Positions 1-8,956 of a stretch of 64,000 bases of DNA are shown here, piece by piece. The notes below the pieces were generated by a model that saw only the letters and a list, made by a program, of their open reading frames with translations, was not told the DNA's origin and made no database searches. Where the stretch lies: contig JALNJZ010000001.1 of NCBI GenBank assembly GCA_023261845.1, positions 96,001-160,000 on the forward strand, read 5' to 3'. Position 1 is the stretch's first letter; every line of letters starts with the position of its first letter. Source of the stretch: Candidatus Terraquivivens tengchongensis. Its GTDB lineage: Archaea; Thermoproteota; Nitrososphaeria_A; Caldarchaeales; Wolframiiraptoraceae. The translations under genes were made by a program, and so were the position numbers.

Positions 1-105
1 ATCTAAAAACAAAATCATTATTGTGCCAATTAAAGCTAATTTTAAGAATGGATGCTCATATAAGTTGTAAAAGCCGCCGCATTGCTTTTTGAGATACCCT
101 GACAT
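1..105 (-). CDS. 5' part of a probable membrane protein running off the window (MSGYLKKQCGGFYNLYEHPFLKLALIGTIMILFLD...)
   Basis: ATG at 105 preceded by GGAGGT; frame open to position 1; hydrophobic stretch; AT-rich. Not in the ORF track. Confidence 0.55.
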   Translation of the reverse strand, partial: MSGYLKKQCGGFYNLYEHPFLKLALIGTIMILFLD

Positions 106-150
106 ACGACCTCCATCTATTAAGACTGAACTCATCAGATAGTCGTGAGG

Positions 151-1512
151 TTATGTTGGATCTTGAGATTTATTGAGGCTTGAGCTCTTTTGGTCACGCT
201 CTATCTGCTCAAGGATCTTCTCCGGACAATCTCTAACGGGTAAGTAGATCTTCTCGTAGAAGTCACGCTGACTCTTGAGAACATTCTCCGGGAAACTCTT
301 AACGTACTTGATGGCGGCATTCCAGAACTTCTCGAAGCTCGGTCCGAACCTTGCCGCTATCATTCTATGAAAATCCGTGGGCCTCTGAATCTGTCCACCT
401 ATCGTGAAGTATCCACTCCGAGACCGGTAAGCGACCTCATCTCCTACTTTTTCTTCAACTTCCTCCTTCTCGGCAAACTGACCAACCCTCATACTACCTC
501 CAAACCTCCTCGCGGTTACACCATGCTTCTTCGCCCAAGCATAAAATATCGCTCTATTCAGGCCGAACGATTTGGCGAGCTCTAGATCGCCCTTCAGCAC
601 ATAGTATCTTGCTGCCTGGAGAAGGCCCATGACTTGGAACCTGCCAACATGACCAACTCGAGCGAGCGGGGCGGCCTCTTCTTCACCAACCATCGTCCTC
701 GAGTCGCTCTTGATCTCGGCAAGAGCTCTTAGCGCCAGCTCATCACCTTCACCATCCTCAAACCCATTCCATCCACTCCAATATCTGAAGTTCTCGATCT
801 TGGCCCAGTCAAGCTTGAAGTTCTCTAGGTCGTTAGGCTTGATCGTTATGGCGACAAGATCGAGCTCGCGGTGAAGGCTTAGGGGTGCCGTGAAAACCCT
901 CTGGATATCCATTAGGTTCTCAATCTTAAGCCTTCTATCAGGCGATCTAGATCTCTCGCATACTTTTTCAAGCCCGTCTCTTGCGCGCATGAGAACATAC
1001 TCAGCTATCGCAAAAGAGACCCTCAGCGGTCCCCTCCTCCATATCTCGCCACTCACTGCCTTTTCATTCAGGTGAACGTGGATTCCCCGCCCCGACCAGA
1101 CCAAGTAGATGGACTTTTCGACGCCCTCGCTTCTGAGAGTCTCGATGAGTATCTTAGCCGCCTCTTTGATCAACTCTACCTCCTCTAGAGAACCATCAAC
1201 ATCCCAGCTTGGTGTGCTCATGAGAATATTATCCTCGGCGGATACGTCTTCCCTCTGCTCCAGCTTCTTATAGATATTCGCCGATCCATAAATTGTCCTC
1301 ATCACCCTATTTCCGAACTTGTTGATCAACTTCTTAATATCGGCGGGCTCTTTGATTGTGAGTGGTCTCCCGTTAGGCCAATATCTGTAGAAAGTTCGAC
1401 TATCGCCGCCTGACCGGCATTCTAACGCGGCCCATCTACCGGAGCAGAATCTTGAAATTTCTCTTGTAACGTCCTCCCTCAAATAGTGCCTTAAAATTGT
1501 CTCCATCTTCAC
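151..1512 (-). CDS. Archaeo-eukaryotic primase (AEP) superfamily domain protein with an extra C-terminal domain
   Basis: AEP-like motifs WDVD (DxD) and SGRGIHVH, plus RVFTAPLSLH; separate C-terminal region starting GRFQVMGLLQAARYY. Confidence 0.65.
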   Translation of the reverse strand: MKMETILRHYLREDVTREISRFCSGRWAALECRSGGDSRTFYRYWPNGRPLTIKEPADIKKLINKFGNRVMRTIYGSANIYKKLEQREDVSAEDNILMSTPSWDVDGSLEEVELIKEAAKILIETLRSEGVEKSIYLVWSGRGIHVHLNEKAVSGEIWRRGPLRVSFAIAEYVLMRARDGLEKVCERSRSPDRRLKIENLMDIQRVFTAPLSLHRELDLVAITIKPNDLENFKLDWAKIENFRYWSGWNGFEDGEGDELALRALAEIKSDSRTMVGEEEAAPLARVGHVGRFQVMGLLQAARYYVLKGDLELAKSFGLNRAIFYAWAKKHGVTARRFGGSMRVGQFAEKEEVEEKVGDEVAYRSRSGYFTIGGQIQRPTDFHRMIAARFGPSFEKFWNAAIKYVKSFPENVLKSQRDFYEKIYLPVRDCPEKILEQIERDQKSSSLNKSQDPT

Positions 1513-1606
1513 CCATTCAAGACATCCCTCAAGTAACCTTTAACCTAAAGTGGAGAGATAGGTAAGAATCATACTCAGACATTATTGTCGTACCGTCTAC
1601 AGAAAG

Positions 1607-2782
1607 CTAAACCCTCGAGAGAGCTTTACCTAAGTCCTCCTTCAAGTCCTCAACATCTTCAAGACCAACCGATAATCTGAGAAGGTTCTCACTTATCTCA
1701 AGCATCTTCATCTGCTCCCTGCTCATGTTCTTGGCCGCGGTCCAGATTGGGTAGGTTAAGAGGGACTCGACGCCGCCCAAGCTCGGCGAGGGCTTGATCA
1801 GCTCCGTGCCCCTGAGAACCTCGAGCGCCTCCTTTTGGCCTCCCCTCACCTTGAAGCTTAAAACCCCTCCATAAAGCCGTCGCTTGAAGATTCTGTCTGC
1901 GATGCTCTTGTACGGGCTGCTCGAGAGCCCTGGATAATATACCTTCTCGATCTTTGGATGATCTTCGAGGAACTCTGCTATCTCGAGGGCGCTCCTCGCC
2001 TGCTTTTCAAACCTCGCCTCAAGGGTTGCCACTCCACGTATCGTGAGAAACGCATCGAATGGGCTCATGATCGATCCGAGCTTTCTCCTCCAGTTCCAAA
2101 GAACCTCCGCATCCTCCTCACTTCCCATGATTACCGCGCCGCCAACAACATCATTATGACCTGCGATGTACTTCGTCAAGCTGTGAACCGTGACCCAAGC
2201 ACCATCATCGAGCGGGTTGTAGAGTAGCGGTGTAGAGAAAGTGTTATCAACGATCAACGGTACTCCGAGCTCGGCGCATCTCTTGGCGATCTCTTTGACG
2301 TCAATAACCCTCACCATAGGGTTCGTGAGGGTCTCGACAAGTGTGAGCGAAATACCATCCCCAAGCCTCTCAAGAAACTCGTCCGTGTCGGACCTAGCGA
2401 GAATGCATTCAACACCAAACTTCGAGAGGTTTTGAGCAAACTCCTGCGTGGTCCCATAACACTCTAGCGGGACTAGAACTTTCGATCCGGCCTTGAGCTT
2501 TGAAAGATACGTTGCCACGATCGCGGCCATCCCGCTCCCAAAAGCGAGACAATCAACGCCTCTCTCGAGCTTTGCCAGAATCTTTTCAAGAGCCCTAACG
2601 GTATGATTCTCCTCTCTACTGTACTTGAGGTCCAGGCCACGATCGCTGAGCCTAGGCCCTCCTGTTACGGAATCCGGGTACTCGAATACGGCGGTCTGGT
2701 ATATCGGAACCTTAAATACCCCCCTTTCACGATCCAGATATCCGTGCCCATGAATCGCCTCAGTAGACGACCTTCGAGCCAT
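1607..2782 (-). CDS. PLP-dependent trans-sulfuration enzyme (cystathionine gamma-synthase/lyase family)
   Basis: PIYQT, YSREEN, SGMAA, DNTF, SLTKYIAGHND (PLP lysine), SLGGVESL, RLSVGLE; probable start ATG 2782. Confidence 0.9.
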   Translation of the reverse strand: MARRSSTEAIHGHGYLDRERGVFKVPIYQTAVFEYPDSVTGGPRLSDRGLDLKYSREENHTVRALEKILAKLERGVDCLAFGSGMAAIVATYLSKLKAGSKVLVPLECYGTTQEFAQNLSKFGVECILARSDTDEFLERLGDGISLTLVETLTNPMVRVIDVKEIAKRCAELGVPLIVDNTFSTPLLYNPLDDGAWVTVHSLTKYIAGHNDVVGGAVIMGSEEDAEVLWNWRRKLGSIMSPFDAFLTIRGVATLEARFEKQARSALEIAEFLEDHPKIEKVYYPGLSSSPYKSIADRIFKRRLYGGVLSFKVRGGQKEALEVLRGTELIKPSPSLGGVESLLTYPIWTAAKNMSREQMKMLEISENLLRLSVGLEDVEDLKEDLGKALSRV

Positions 2783-2832
2783 TTTCGCGGTTTCTGATAG
2801 TAATGAGATATTCATAAACATTTATAATCATA

Positions 2833-2848
2833 GATTCCAATAAGAATC
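2833..2848. promoter_or_regulatory. Candidate operator GATTC-N6-GAATC between the divergent trans-sulfuration gene and HTH-CBS regulator
   Basis: Inverted repeat next to a TTTATAAT TATA-like box in the short divergent intergenic gap. Confidence 0.3.
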
Positions 2849-2863
2849 ATTGATATAGGCGGG

Positions 2864-3442
2864 GTGTTCTTGGAGAAGCTCTGGGACCTCGAGTCCCTCG
2901 CGAAGCTCAGAAGGAGGCTAGGGCTGACCCAAAGGGAACTGGCGAAAATTTCTGGCGTTAGCCAATCATTGATATCGAAAATCGAGTGTGGCCGGATCAG
3001 CCCCTCATATGAGGCTGTTAGGCGAATTCTTCAAGCCCTCGAGATGGTTAGGGCTGAGAGGGATGCCAAGCTGCTGGCCAAAGACATTTGCACGAGAGAC
3101 GTTATCTGTGTAGACGTGTCAGATACATTGGGCAAGGCAGTAAACTTGATGAGAAGGCACGGGATATCGCAGCTTCCGGTTCTGAGGAACGGCAGTCCCG
3201 TCGGAAGCATCTCGGAGTCTTCTATCGTGAGGAAGCTTGAGGGGATAAAGTCCATGAACGTTCCAGTGGGCGAGATAATGGATGAGGCGTTTCCGATGAT
3301 ACCAGAGGAGGCGTCTCTCAACATCGTCAGGCAACTTCTTCAGGAATATCCAGCGGTGCTTCTTCAAAAGGATGGTAAAATTACTGGGATCGTGACTAAG
3401 GCAGATCTCTTCAAGGTGCTTGAATCGAAAGAAGAGCTCTAA
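2864..3442 (+). CDS. XRE-family HTH transcriptional regulator with C-terminal CBS pair
   Basis: LTQRELAKISGVSQSLISKIECG HTH followed by two CBS domains. Confidence 0.9.
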   Translation: MFLEKLWDLESLAKLRRRLGLTQRELAKISGVSQSLISKIECGRISPSYEAVRRILQALEMVRAERDAKLLAKDICTRDVICVDVSDTLGKAVNLMRRHGISQLPVLRNGSPVGSISESSIVRKLEGIKSMNVPVGEIMDEAFPMIPEEASLNIVRQLLQEYPAVLLQKDGKITGIVTKADLFKVLESKEEL

Positions 3443-3454
3443 CGTTGCATTTCG

Positions 3455-3697
3455 TCAAACATTTTCTGAGTTCACCTCTTCGACTCCACTCGCAGCTTTT
3501 AGTAACATCTTTAGGGTCTCAACGTTATCCTTCCTACAACTCTTCCGTCTCTTATCGACATATATTCCAAGCTTCTTCGCATATTGAATCGTTATGCCGG
3601 CTTCTCTAAGTTCATTTATACTAAAGCCCCTACCCTTCCTCTCGATGATCCTACCATCCTTGAGCTTTCTCCTAACAACCGGAATAGGTAAGCTCAT
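3455..3697 (-). CDS. rpl13e: 50S ribosomal protein L13e
   Basis: GRGFSINEL...AG...[11 protein letters not shown] signature. Confidence 0.92.
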   Translation of the reverse strand: MSLPIPVVRRKLKDGRIIERKGRGFSINELREAGITIQYAKKLGIYVDKRRKSCRKDNVETLKMLLKAASGVEEVNSENV

Positions 3698-4083
3698 TTT
3701 CTCACCTCAGTAGAGGTGACTTGTTCTTGGAGATTCATGACTTCAAGGCTAGATTTAGCCCTATCTTCTGCTCAAAATCAAAATATAATTATTAGGGAGA
3801 CGAAAGTATCTATTTGGCGACTTATGAGCTTCTTAACACTTTTTTAACATAAAATATGTCGGCAATGTGAGTCCTTGCATCTCTATGCGCCGCTAACTGA
3901 CATGCGCCAATAATCTTGGCATATTTTAAATTCATTTACATTTAGTTATTTAGGCTTACTTCCCGATGTTGATTGTTTATAATAGAACGTATTAAGAGGC
4001 AATTCATCGCATAAACATTCTTATTCTTAATGTTAAAATAAATATTTTTAAATTTAGATTCATGAACGAACAATGGTTAGAGA

Positions 4084-4784
4084 ATGATGCTTAAGCAGCC
4101 CTCATCCCCAGTAAATCATGTAACCTACAGCGAGGAGGATTTCAATATAATAATACCAACGAGGGCGGAAAGACCAAAGTTCATTACCTATAACAATTTG
4201 GGTCCGCTTAAAGATCGTGTTATAATGGTGTATGATCGTTGGCATAATGTATGCAAAGCTCTAAACTATGGAGCCTCTATTAGCAAAGCGAACATATTGT
4301 TCTTTACAGATGATGATGCAATCATACCTCCAGAAAAGATCTTAGATATTGTCAAGTTGGTAAAAAAAGATACTGCTGTTGTATTTGAACGACAGGATCC
4401 ATTTGGTCTAGCTATTACAAAAGATGATTTTATTAAGTTAGGAGGTTTTGATGAAAGATTTTTATGTCCACGTATGCCAGCTTATGCCTTCGATACAGAG
4501 TTTGAAAAAAGGTTAGAATCTAAAAAATTCAGAATTATAAAATATCCATTGAGTGGGGTGATACATTATGGGGGGGAAGACCCGCGTTTTCTTTCAAAAG
4601 TTTTGTTGCTGAATGGAATTTGACATTAGTTGTCATACGGTACGAGAAAGACTTAATAAAACTAATTCGCTATTTCTTCGTTCAACCACTGTTTAGTCTA
4701 AGATATATTCATATACTCGCGTTTATATTTTGGCAAATTTACTGTCGCATTAAAAGGAGGAGAAGTGCATGGCATGTGGACTAA
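4084..4784 (+). pseudogene. Glycosyltransferase family 2, frameshifted at a G7 tract (4570-4576); AT-rich insert
   Basis: IIIPTR, ALNYGA, FTDDD, LGGFDERF and IHYGG motifs; ORF stops at 4623 but the -1 frame continues 69 codons to TAA at 4782-4784. Confidence 0.7.
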
Positions 4785-5156
4785 ATATGAATACATTAGT
4801 TTTAGTTTTTGATATAACTATCTATATCTATATTTTTGAGGAGTTTAGAAAAATTCATCAACATTTGAAATAGAAACATCCTACTTTTAGGTCATCGGTA
4901 TGTTAGGTGCTCGGTATCAAAATTTTTGTCGTAACTTATTAAAAACAATATCAGTCATTTAATATATAAGTTTTGGGCGCAAGAAACTCGTAAAATTTTT
5001 CTTTAAATCCTCAGATACTCGTGCTATATATCCTGATAAAGGCTGCTAAACTAAAGGATTTTGTTGTGAGAGATTATATTTAAGCGTAAAACCTGCACCA
5101 TCGCGAAACAACACTTAATAACACCTCTAAACCCTTTACCAAAAGGGTAAGCCGCC

Positions 5157-5546
5157 TTGGGAGGCCCTAAGAAACCTACACTGTCCCAGGCTGAGAAGAG
5201 GCAGACGAAAACGCAACCAAAACCTTCTGAGAAGAAAGAATCGACGCCGCAGAAGTACACGGGCAGCATAACCTTACCAGAGGAAAGGGACGTCATAAAC
5301 TACATTAGGAGCATGAAGTATGCTACGCCATACCTCATTTCTGAAAAGTACGGAATCAGGTTGTCTGTTGCGAAGAGCTTACTGAATAGCTTGGTATCGA
5401 AAGGACTGATCGTGCCAGTAGTCGGCGACAACAGGTTAAGGATATTTGCACCAGCTCAAGCAACAGTAGAATCTGTAAAAGCTTCAGAGGTGACAAAACC
5501 ATCCGAATCTGCGGAGGCAAAGCCCAAGTCAAAAAGGAAGAAGTAG
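5157..5546 (+). CDS. rps25e: 30S ribosomal protein S25e
   Basis: MGGPKKPT start; TPYLISEKYGIRLSVAKSLL wHTH. Confidence 0.9.
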   Translation: MGGPKKPTLSQAEKRQTKTQPKPSEKKESTPQKYTGSITLPEERDVINYIRSMKYATPYLISEKYGIRLSVAKSLLNSLVSKGLIVPVVGDNRLRIFAPAQATVESVKASEVTKPSESAEAKPKSKRKK

Positions 5547-5552
5547 ACTATC

Positions 5553-5924
5553 CTAACTTTTGAGGACCCTTACCCTTGCTCCGGGTCTTGTTTTTGTGAG
5601 TGCAGCTAACTCACCAGATAGCTTTCCGACCTTCACTGTCTGAGCATAGGGTTTAGCTTTCTTAAAGACGAAACCTAGAGCACCGGCTGGAGGCCAGAAG
5701 ATCATATCACCACAATCCACTTCTTCTACCGGCTTCTCAGCACCCCTCACCATACGAGTCTCTATATAGACCGCATAGTCCCAAAGCCCAGCCATACCTT
5801 CTATTGGCAAGAGCCTTACGAGTTCTGTCACTGTTGCTGGTGCCAAAAATTTTATCAGCTCAGCCTTGTACTCGCCCACGCCCTCAACCCAAACCTTCAC
5901 TGGAACCCTTACCGGAACAGACAT
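5553..5924 (-). CDS. Cyclophilin-like fold protein (DUF369-like)
   Basis: APATV...LPIEG...GDMIFWPPAG pattern. Confidence 0.75.
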   Translation of the reverse strand: MSVPVRVPVKVWVEGVGEYKAELIKFLAPATVTELVRLLPIEGMAGLWDYAVYIETRMVRGAEKPVEEVDCGDMIFWPPAGALGFVFKKAKPYAQTVKVGKLSGELAALTKTRPGARVRVLKS

Positions 5925-5929
5925 ACCAC

Positions 5930-7177
5930 TTACTCACCATACATTGAAACCTTGCCGAGATAGTTCATGATTATTGGCATAAGGTCAACTCCCCTTATCC
6001 TACCGAGCGTTCCTGATGCGCAGGATATTTCGTCAAACTTCTCAACATTACCGTACCTTGCACCCGGTGCGTATAAAGCCACGGGAACTGGGTCACCACT
6101 ATGTTCTCCAACCTCCGATGGTGTCGTGTGGTCACTCGTTATGGCTATGCATGTCCCTTCCAAGTCTACCTCCGATACGATCGTGGAGAATGCCGCGCTT
6201 ATTCTTGATATTATTTCGGCTTTCTTTGTTGGGTTCCTGTCATGGCTTACAACATCCGTTGCTTTAACGTGTACGAAAACAAGATCGTAAACCTTGATTG
6301 CGTTTATTGCTGCTCTCATCTTAGCATCCAGGTTCGTGTCCACTGTGCCGGTTGCACCCTTCACCTCGAGAACGTCAAAACCCACCGCCTTGCATACGCC
6401 TTTGTAAACGGCACCACCCGCTATGGCTGCAGCCTTAATGCCAAATTTTGTCGGAAGCTTTTCTACCATCGGTAAGGTTCCCGCACCCCTTGGCAATATT
6501 ATGTTAGCCAGTGGTTGACCACGTTTTTCCCTACGCTTGTTAATGTCATGTTCTGCGAGGATTTTACTTGAAATTTCAACAAACTCATTCAGAGTATCTG
6601 CCGTCTTTTTTGCAGTGGGAGAATCTGTTAATGGTCTGGAGTGTAAGAACTTCACGCCCGTCTTGTGGGGATCGATGTCGGAAACGAACCTTGATAAACC
6701 CTCACCCCTTAAGACCAGTACACCCCTGTGCTCTACCGTGTGCTTAAACATGATCTCGACATCCGAGTTTCTTACGAGCTTTATACCGTTCAAGCTCTCC
6801 GACAAGACCTTAGCATCTTCATCAGATATCCTTCCTGCCCTTCTGTCAACTACTATGCCATCATTGTTTACCGTGGCGAAGTTGCACCTGAAGGCCACAT
6901 CGTTTGGTTCGAGCTCTATGCCAGCGCCCAAAGCCTCGAAGGCACCCCTACCCGTGTAATGCTTGTAGGGGTCGTAACCAAGTATCGCTAGGTGGGCTGT
7001 ATCACTACCAGGCGGCACACCAGGCGATATCGGGTCCATCAAACCGCACTCGCCCCTTGACGCTATCCAGTCGAAGGACTTTGGCCTTGCTGCTTGGAGC
7101 GGTGTGAGTCCTTCAAGCGCTGAGCACCGTCTATCTGCCATACCGTCGCATACTAAGATGATAGCTTTGGATGCCAT
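5930..7177 (-). CDS. apgM: 2,3-bisphosphoglycerate-independent phosphoglycerate mutase
   Basis: DGMAD, PGSDTAHLAILGY, GRGAFEALG, TSDHTTP, HSGDPVP. Confidence 0.93.
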   Translation of the reverse strand: MASKAIILVCDGMADRRCSALEGLTPLQAARPKSFDWIASRGECGLMDPISPGVPPGSDTAHLAILGYDPYKHYTGRGAFEALGAGIELEPNDVAFRCNFATVNNDGIVVDRRAGRISDEDAKVLSESLNGIKLVRNSDVEIMFKHTVEHRGVLVLRGEGLSRFVSDIDPHKTGVKFLHSRPLTDSPTAKKTADTLNEFVEISSKILAEHDINKRREKRGQPLANIILPRGAGTLPMVEKLPTKFGIKAAAIAGGAVYKGVCKAVGFDVLEVKGATGTVDTNLDAKMRAAINAIKVYDLVFVHVKATDVVSHDRNPTKKAEIISRISAAFSTIVSEVDLEGTCIAITSDHTTPSEVGEHSGDPVPVALYAPGARYGNVEKFDEISCASGTLGRIRGVDLMPIIMNYLGKVSMYGE

Positions 7178-7299
7178 GTAAAGCTACACATTACACCGAT
7201 GCTTAAGCTTTGCCTAATGGGTTTTTACTCGGAGTCATTCGAAAGAGTACATATTTTTGCTAGTGTTTAAATACCTCGTTGAAGTCTGTTAATAAGGGA

Positions 7300-8298
7300 A
7301 TGAGTCAAAAGGAAAAGGTGAAAGAGAAAAAGACATTTATCGATTTAGAGGATTTGCCATCGGTTGGTCAGGCTACAGCAGAAAAGCTTAGGGAGATAGG
7401 ATACAACACAATAGAGGCGTTGGCGACCGCAACGGTATCGGAGCTGATCGCTGCTGGCATCGGGGAGAAAAAGGCGGCGGAGATAATAGCTGCAGCTAGA
7501 CAGGCAATAGAGATCTCATGGGTGACGGCAAAGGACCTAGCCTCGCTCAGGATGAACGTCGGCAGGATAACGACAGGTGTCAAGCAACTAGATGCTCTGA
7601 TAGGCGGCGGTGTAGAAACGCAGAGCATAACCGAGTTCTACGGCGAGTTTGGTAGTGGAAAGTCGCAACTGTGTCACCAGTTGGCAGTATGCGTACAGCT
7701 ACCTACTGAAATGGGTGGTTTGAATGGTGCGGCGCTTTACATAGATACGGAGAACACGTTCAGGACTGAGAGGATTGAAAGCATCGCAAAACGCTTTGGG
7801 CTTGACTTTGACGAGGTGTCTAAGAGAATAATCTACGCTGAGGCTTATACTAGCGACCATCAAATGTTGCTACTTGAGAAATCTGACAAGGTGATAAAGG
7901 AAAACAACGTGAAATTGATAATAATCGATTCGTTGACGTCCCACTTCAGAAGTGAATACATCGGCAGGCAGACATTAGCTGAGAGGCAGCAAAAACTTAA
8001 CAAGCACCTCCACAAGCTGATAAGGCTTGCAAGGGCCTTCAATGCAGCCGCCGTGGTTACCAACCAAGTAATGGCAAGACCGGATGAGTTTTTCTCACCG
8101 GCTGCCGTCTCACCAGTTGGCGGACACATAGTCGGCCATACGAGCCATACTAGGATCTTCCTTCGCAAATCTGTCGGCAGGAATATAAGAATAGCGAGGC
8201 TTGTATCAAGCCCATATTTACCTGAAGGTGAAGCCGTGTTTAAGATAACTGAAAATGGTTTAGAAGATGTGGAGGAGGATGAACTTAAGTCTAGGTGA
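7300..8298 (+). CDS. radA: DNA repair and recombination protein RadA
   Basis: N-terminal Hh[10 protein letters not shown] Walker [21 protein letters not shown]; no intein; probable start ATG 7300. Confidence 0.97.
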   Translation: MSQKEKVKEKKTFIDLEDLPSVGQATAEKLREIGYNTIEALATATVSELIAAGIGEKKAAEIIAAARQAIEISWVTAKDLASLRMNVGRITTGVKQLDALIGGGVETQSITEFYGEFGSGKSQLCHQLAVCVQLPTEMGGLNGAALYIDTENTFRTERIESIAKRFGLDFDEVSKRIIYAEAYTSDHQMLLLEKSDKVIKENNVKLIIIDSLTSHFRSEYIGRQTLAERQQKLNKHLHKLIRLARAFNAAAVVTNQVMARPDEFFSPAAVSPVGGHIVGHTSHTRIFLRKSVGRNIRIARLVSSPYLPEGEAVFKITENGLEDVEEDELKSR

Positions 8299-8705
8299 GA
8301 CGTATGTCGCAGCTTAACAAGATGGTAAAAACGTTCTACGTCACACTGTTCAGTGGCAAAATTTCGGAGGCTGAGAAGATTCTGGAGAAAATTAAGAAAA
8401 ACTTGAACAATGAAAGTGATGCGGGTTACTACGATGCACTTTACGGCATATACTATGCATACGTAAACGACGATTTCGAATCGTTCGTGTACAAGATTTG
8501 GACGGATGAGAGCCTAAAGAAGCAGAGGAAGAAATTGGCAGAAGAATTCGAGAAAAAGGCAAAGCTACCGTTTACGATAAACCCAGGTTTTTACAGGGCG
8601 TGGTCAGATTTTCTTAACATGCTTCACGAGTTGCCAATTCCTCATAAGATCTCGCAAAGAGAGCCATCACAAGAGGATGTTGTAGAAGAGTATCCAGCTC
8701 ACTAA
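8295..8705 (+). CDS. Hypothetical helical protein coupled to radA
   Basis: GTGA start/stop overlap with radA; typical codon usage. Confidence 0.7.
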   Translation: MRRMSQLNKMVKTFYVTLFSGKISEAEKILEKIKKNLNNESDAGYYDALYGIYYAYVNDDFESFVYKIWTDESLKKQRKKLAEEFEKKAKLPFTINPGFYRAWSDFLNMLHELPIPHKISQREPSQEDVVEEYPAH

Positions 8706-8942
8706 CCAAACGAGGAAGTACGTCGCCAGACCTGTTATGTATGGTTTCCTAGTCTTCAAATAACTCCTTTGCGCCCTGAGTATTACGAATGGTGATAATA
8801 TACTGTAAACCACGTAAACGACTATGGCAACCATTATGGCAATTATAGACGTAGGTTCGTGCAACCTTAAGAAAGCTGATAGGAAGCCTATAAAGATTCC
8901 CAAAAAGACCTTAGACCAATACAGTTTATCTTCAGGTTTCAT
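8667..8942 (-). CDS. Three-TM membrane protein, EMC6/Rab5-interacting protein-like
   Basis: LYWSKVFLGIFIGFLSAFL...[18 protein letters not shown] matches the recalled family pattern. Confidence 0.7.
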   Translation of the reverse strand: MKPEDKLYWSKVFLGIFIGFLSAFLRLHEPTSIIAIMVAIVVYVVYSILSPFVILRAQRSYLKTRKPYITGLATYFLVWLVSWILFYNILL

Positions 8943-8956
8943 CGCCCCAAACCTCG

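Noticed and set aside
115-140. CTGATGAG on the minus strand resembling a hammerhead ribozyme core
   Set aside because: No stem II followed by GAAA and no flanking stems.
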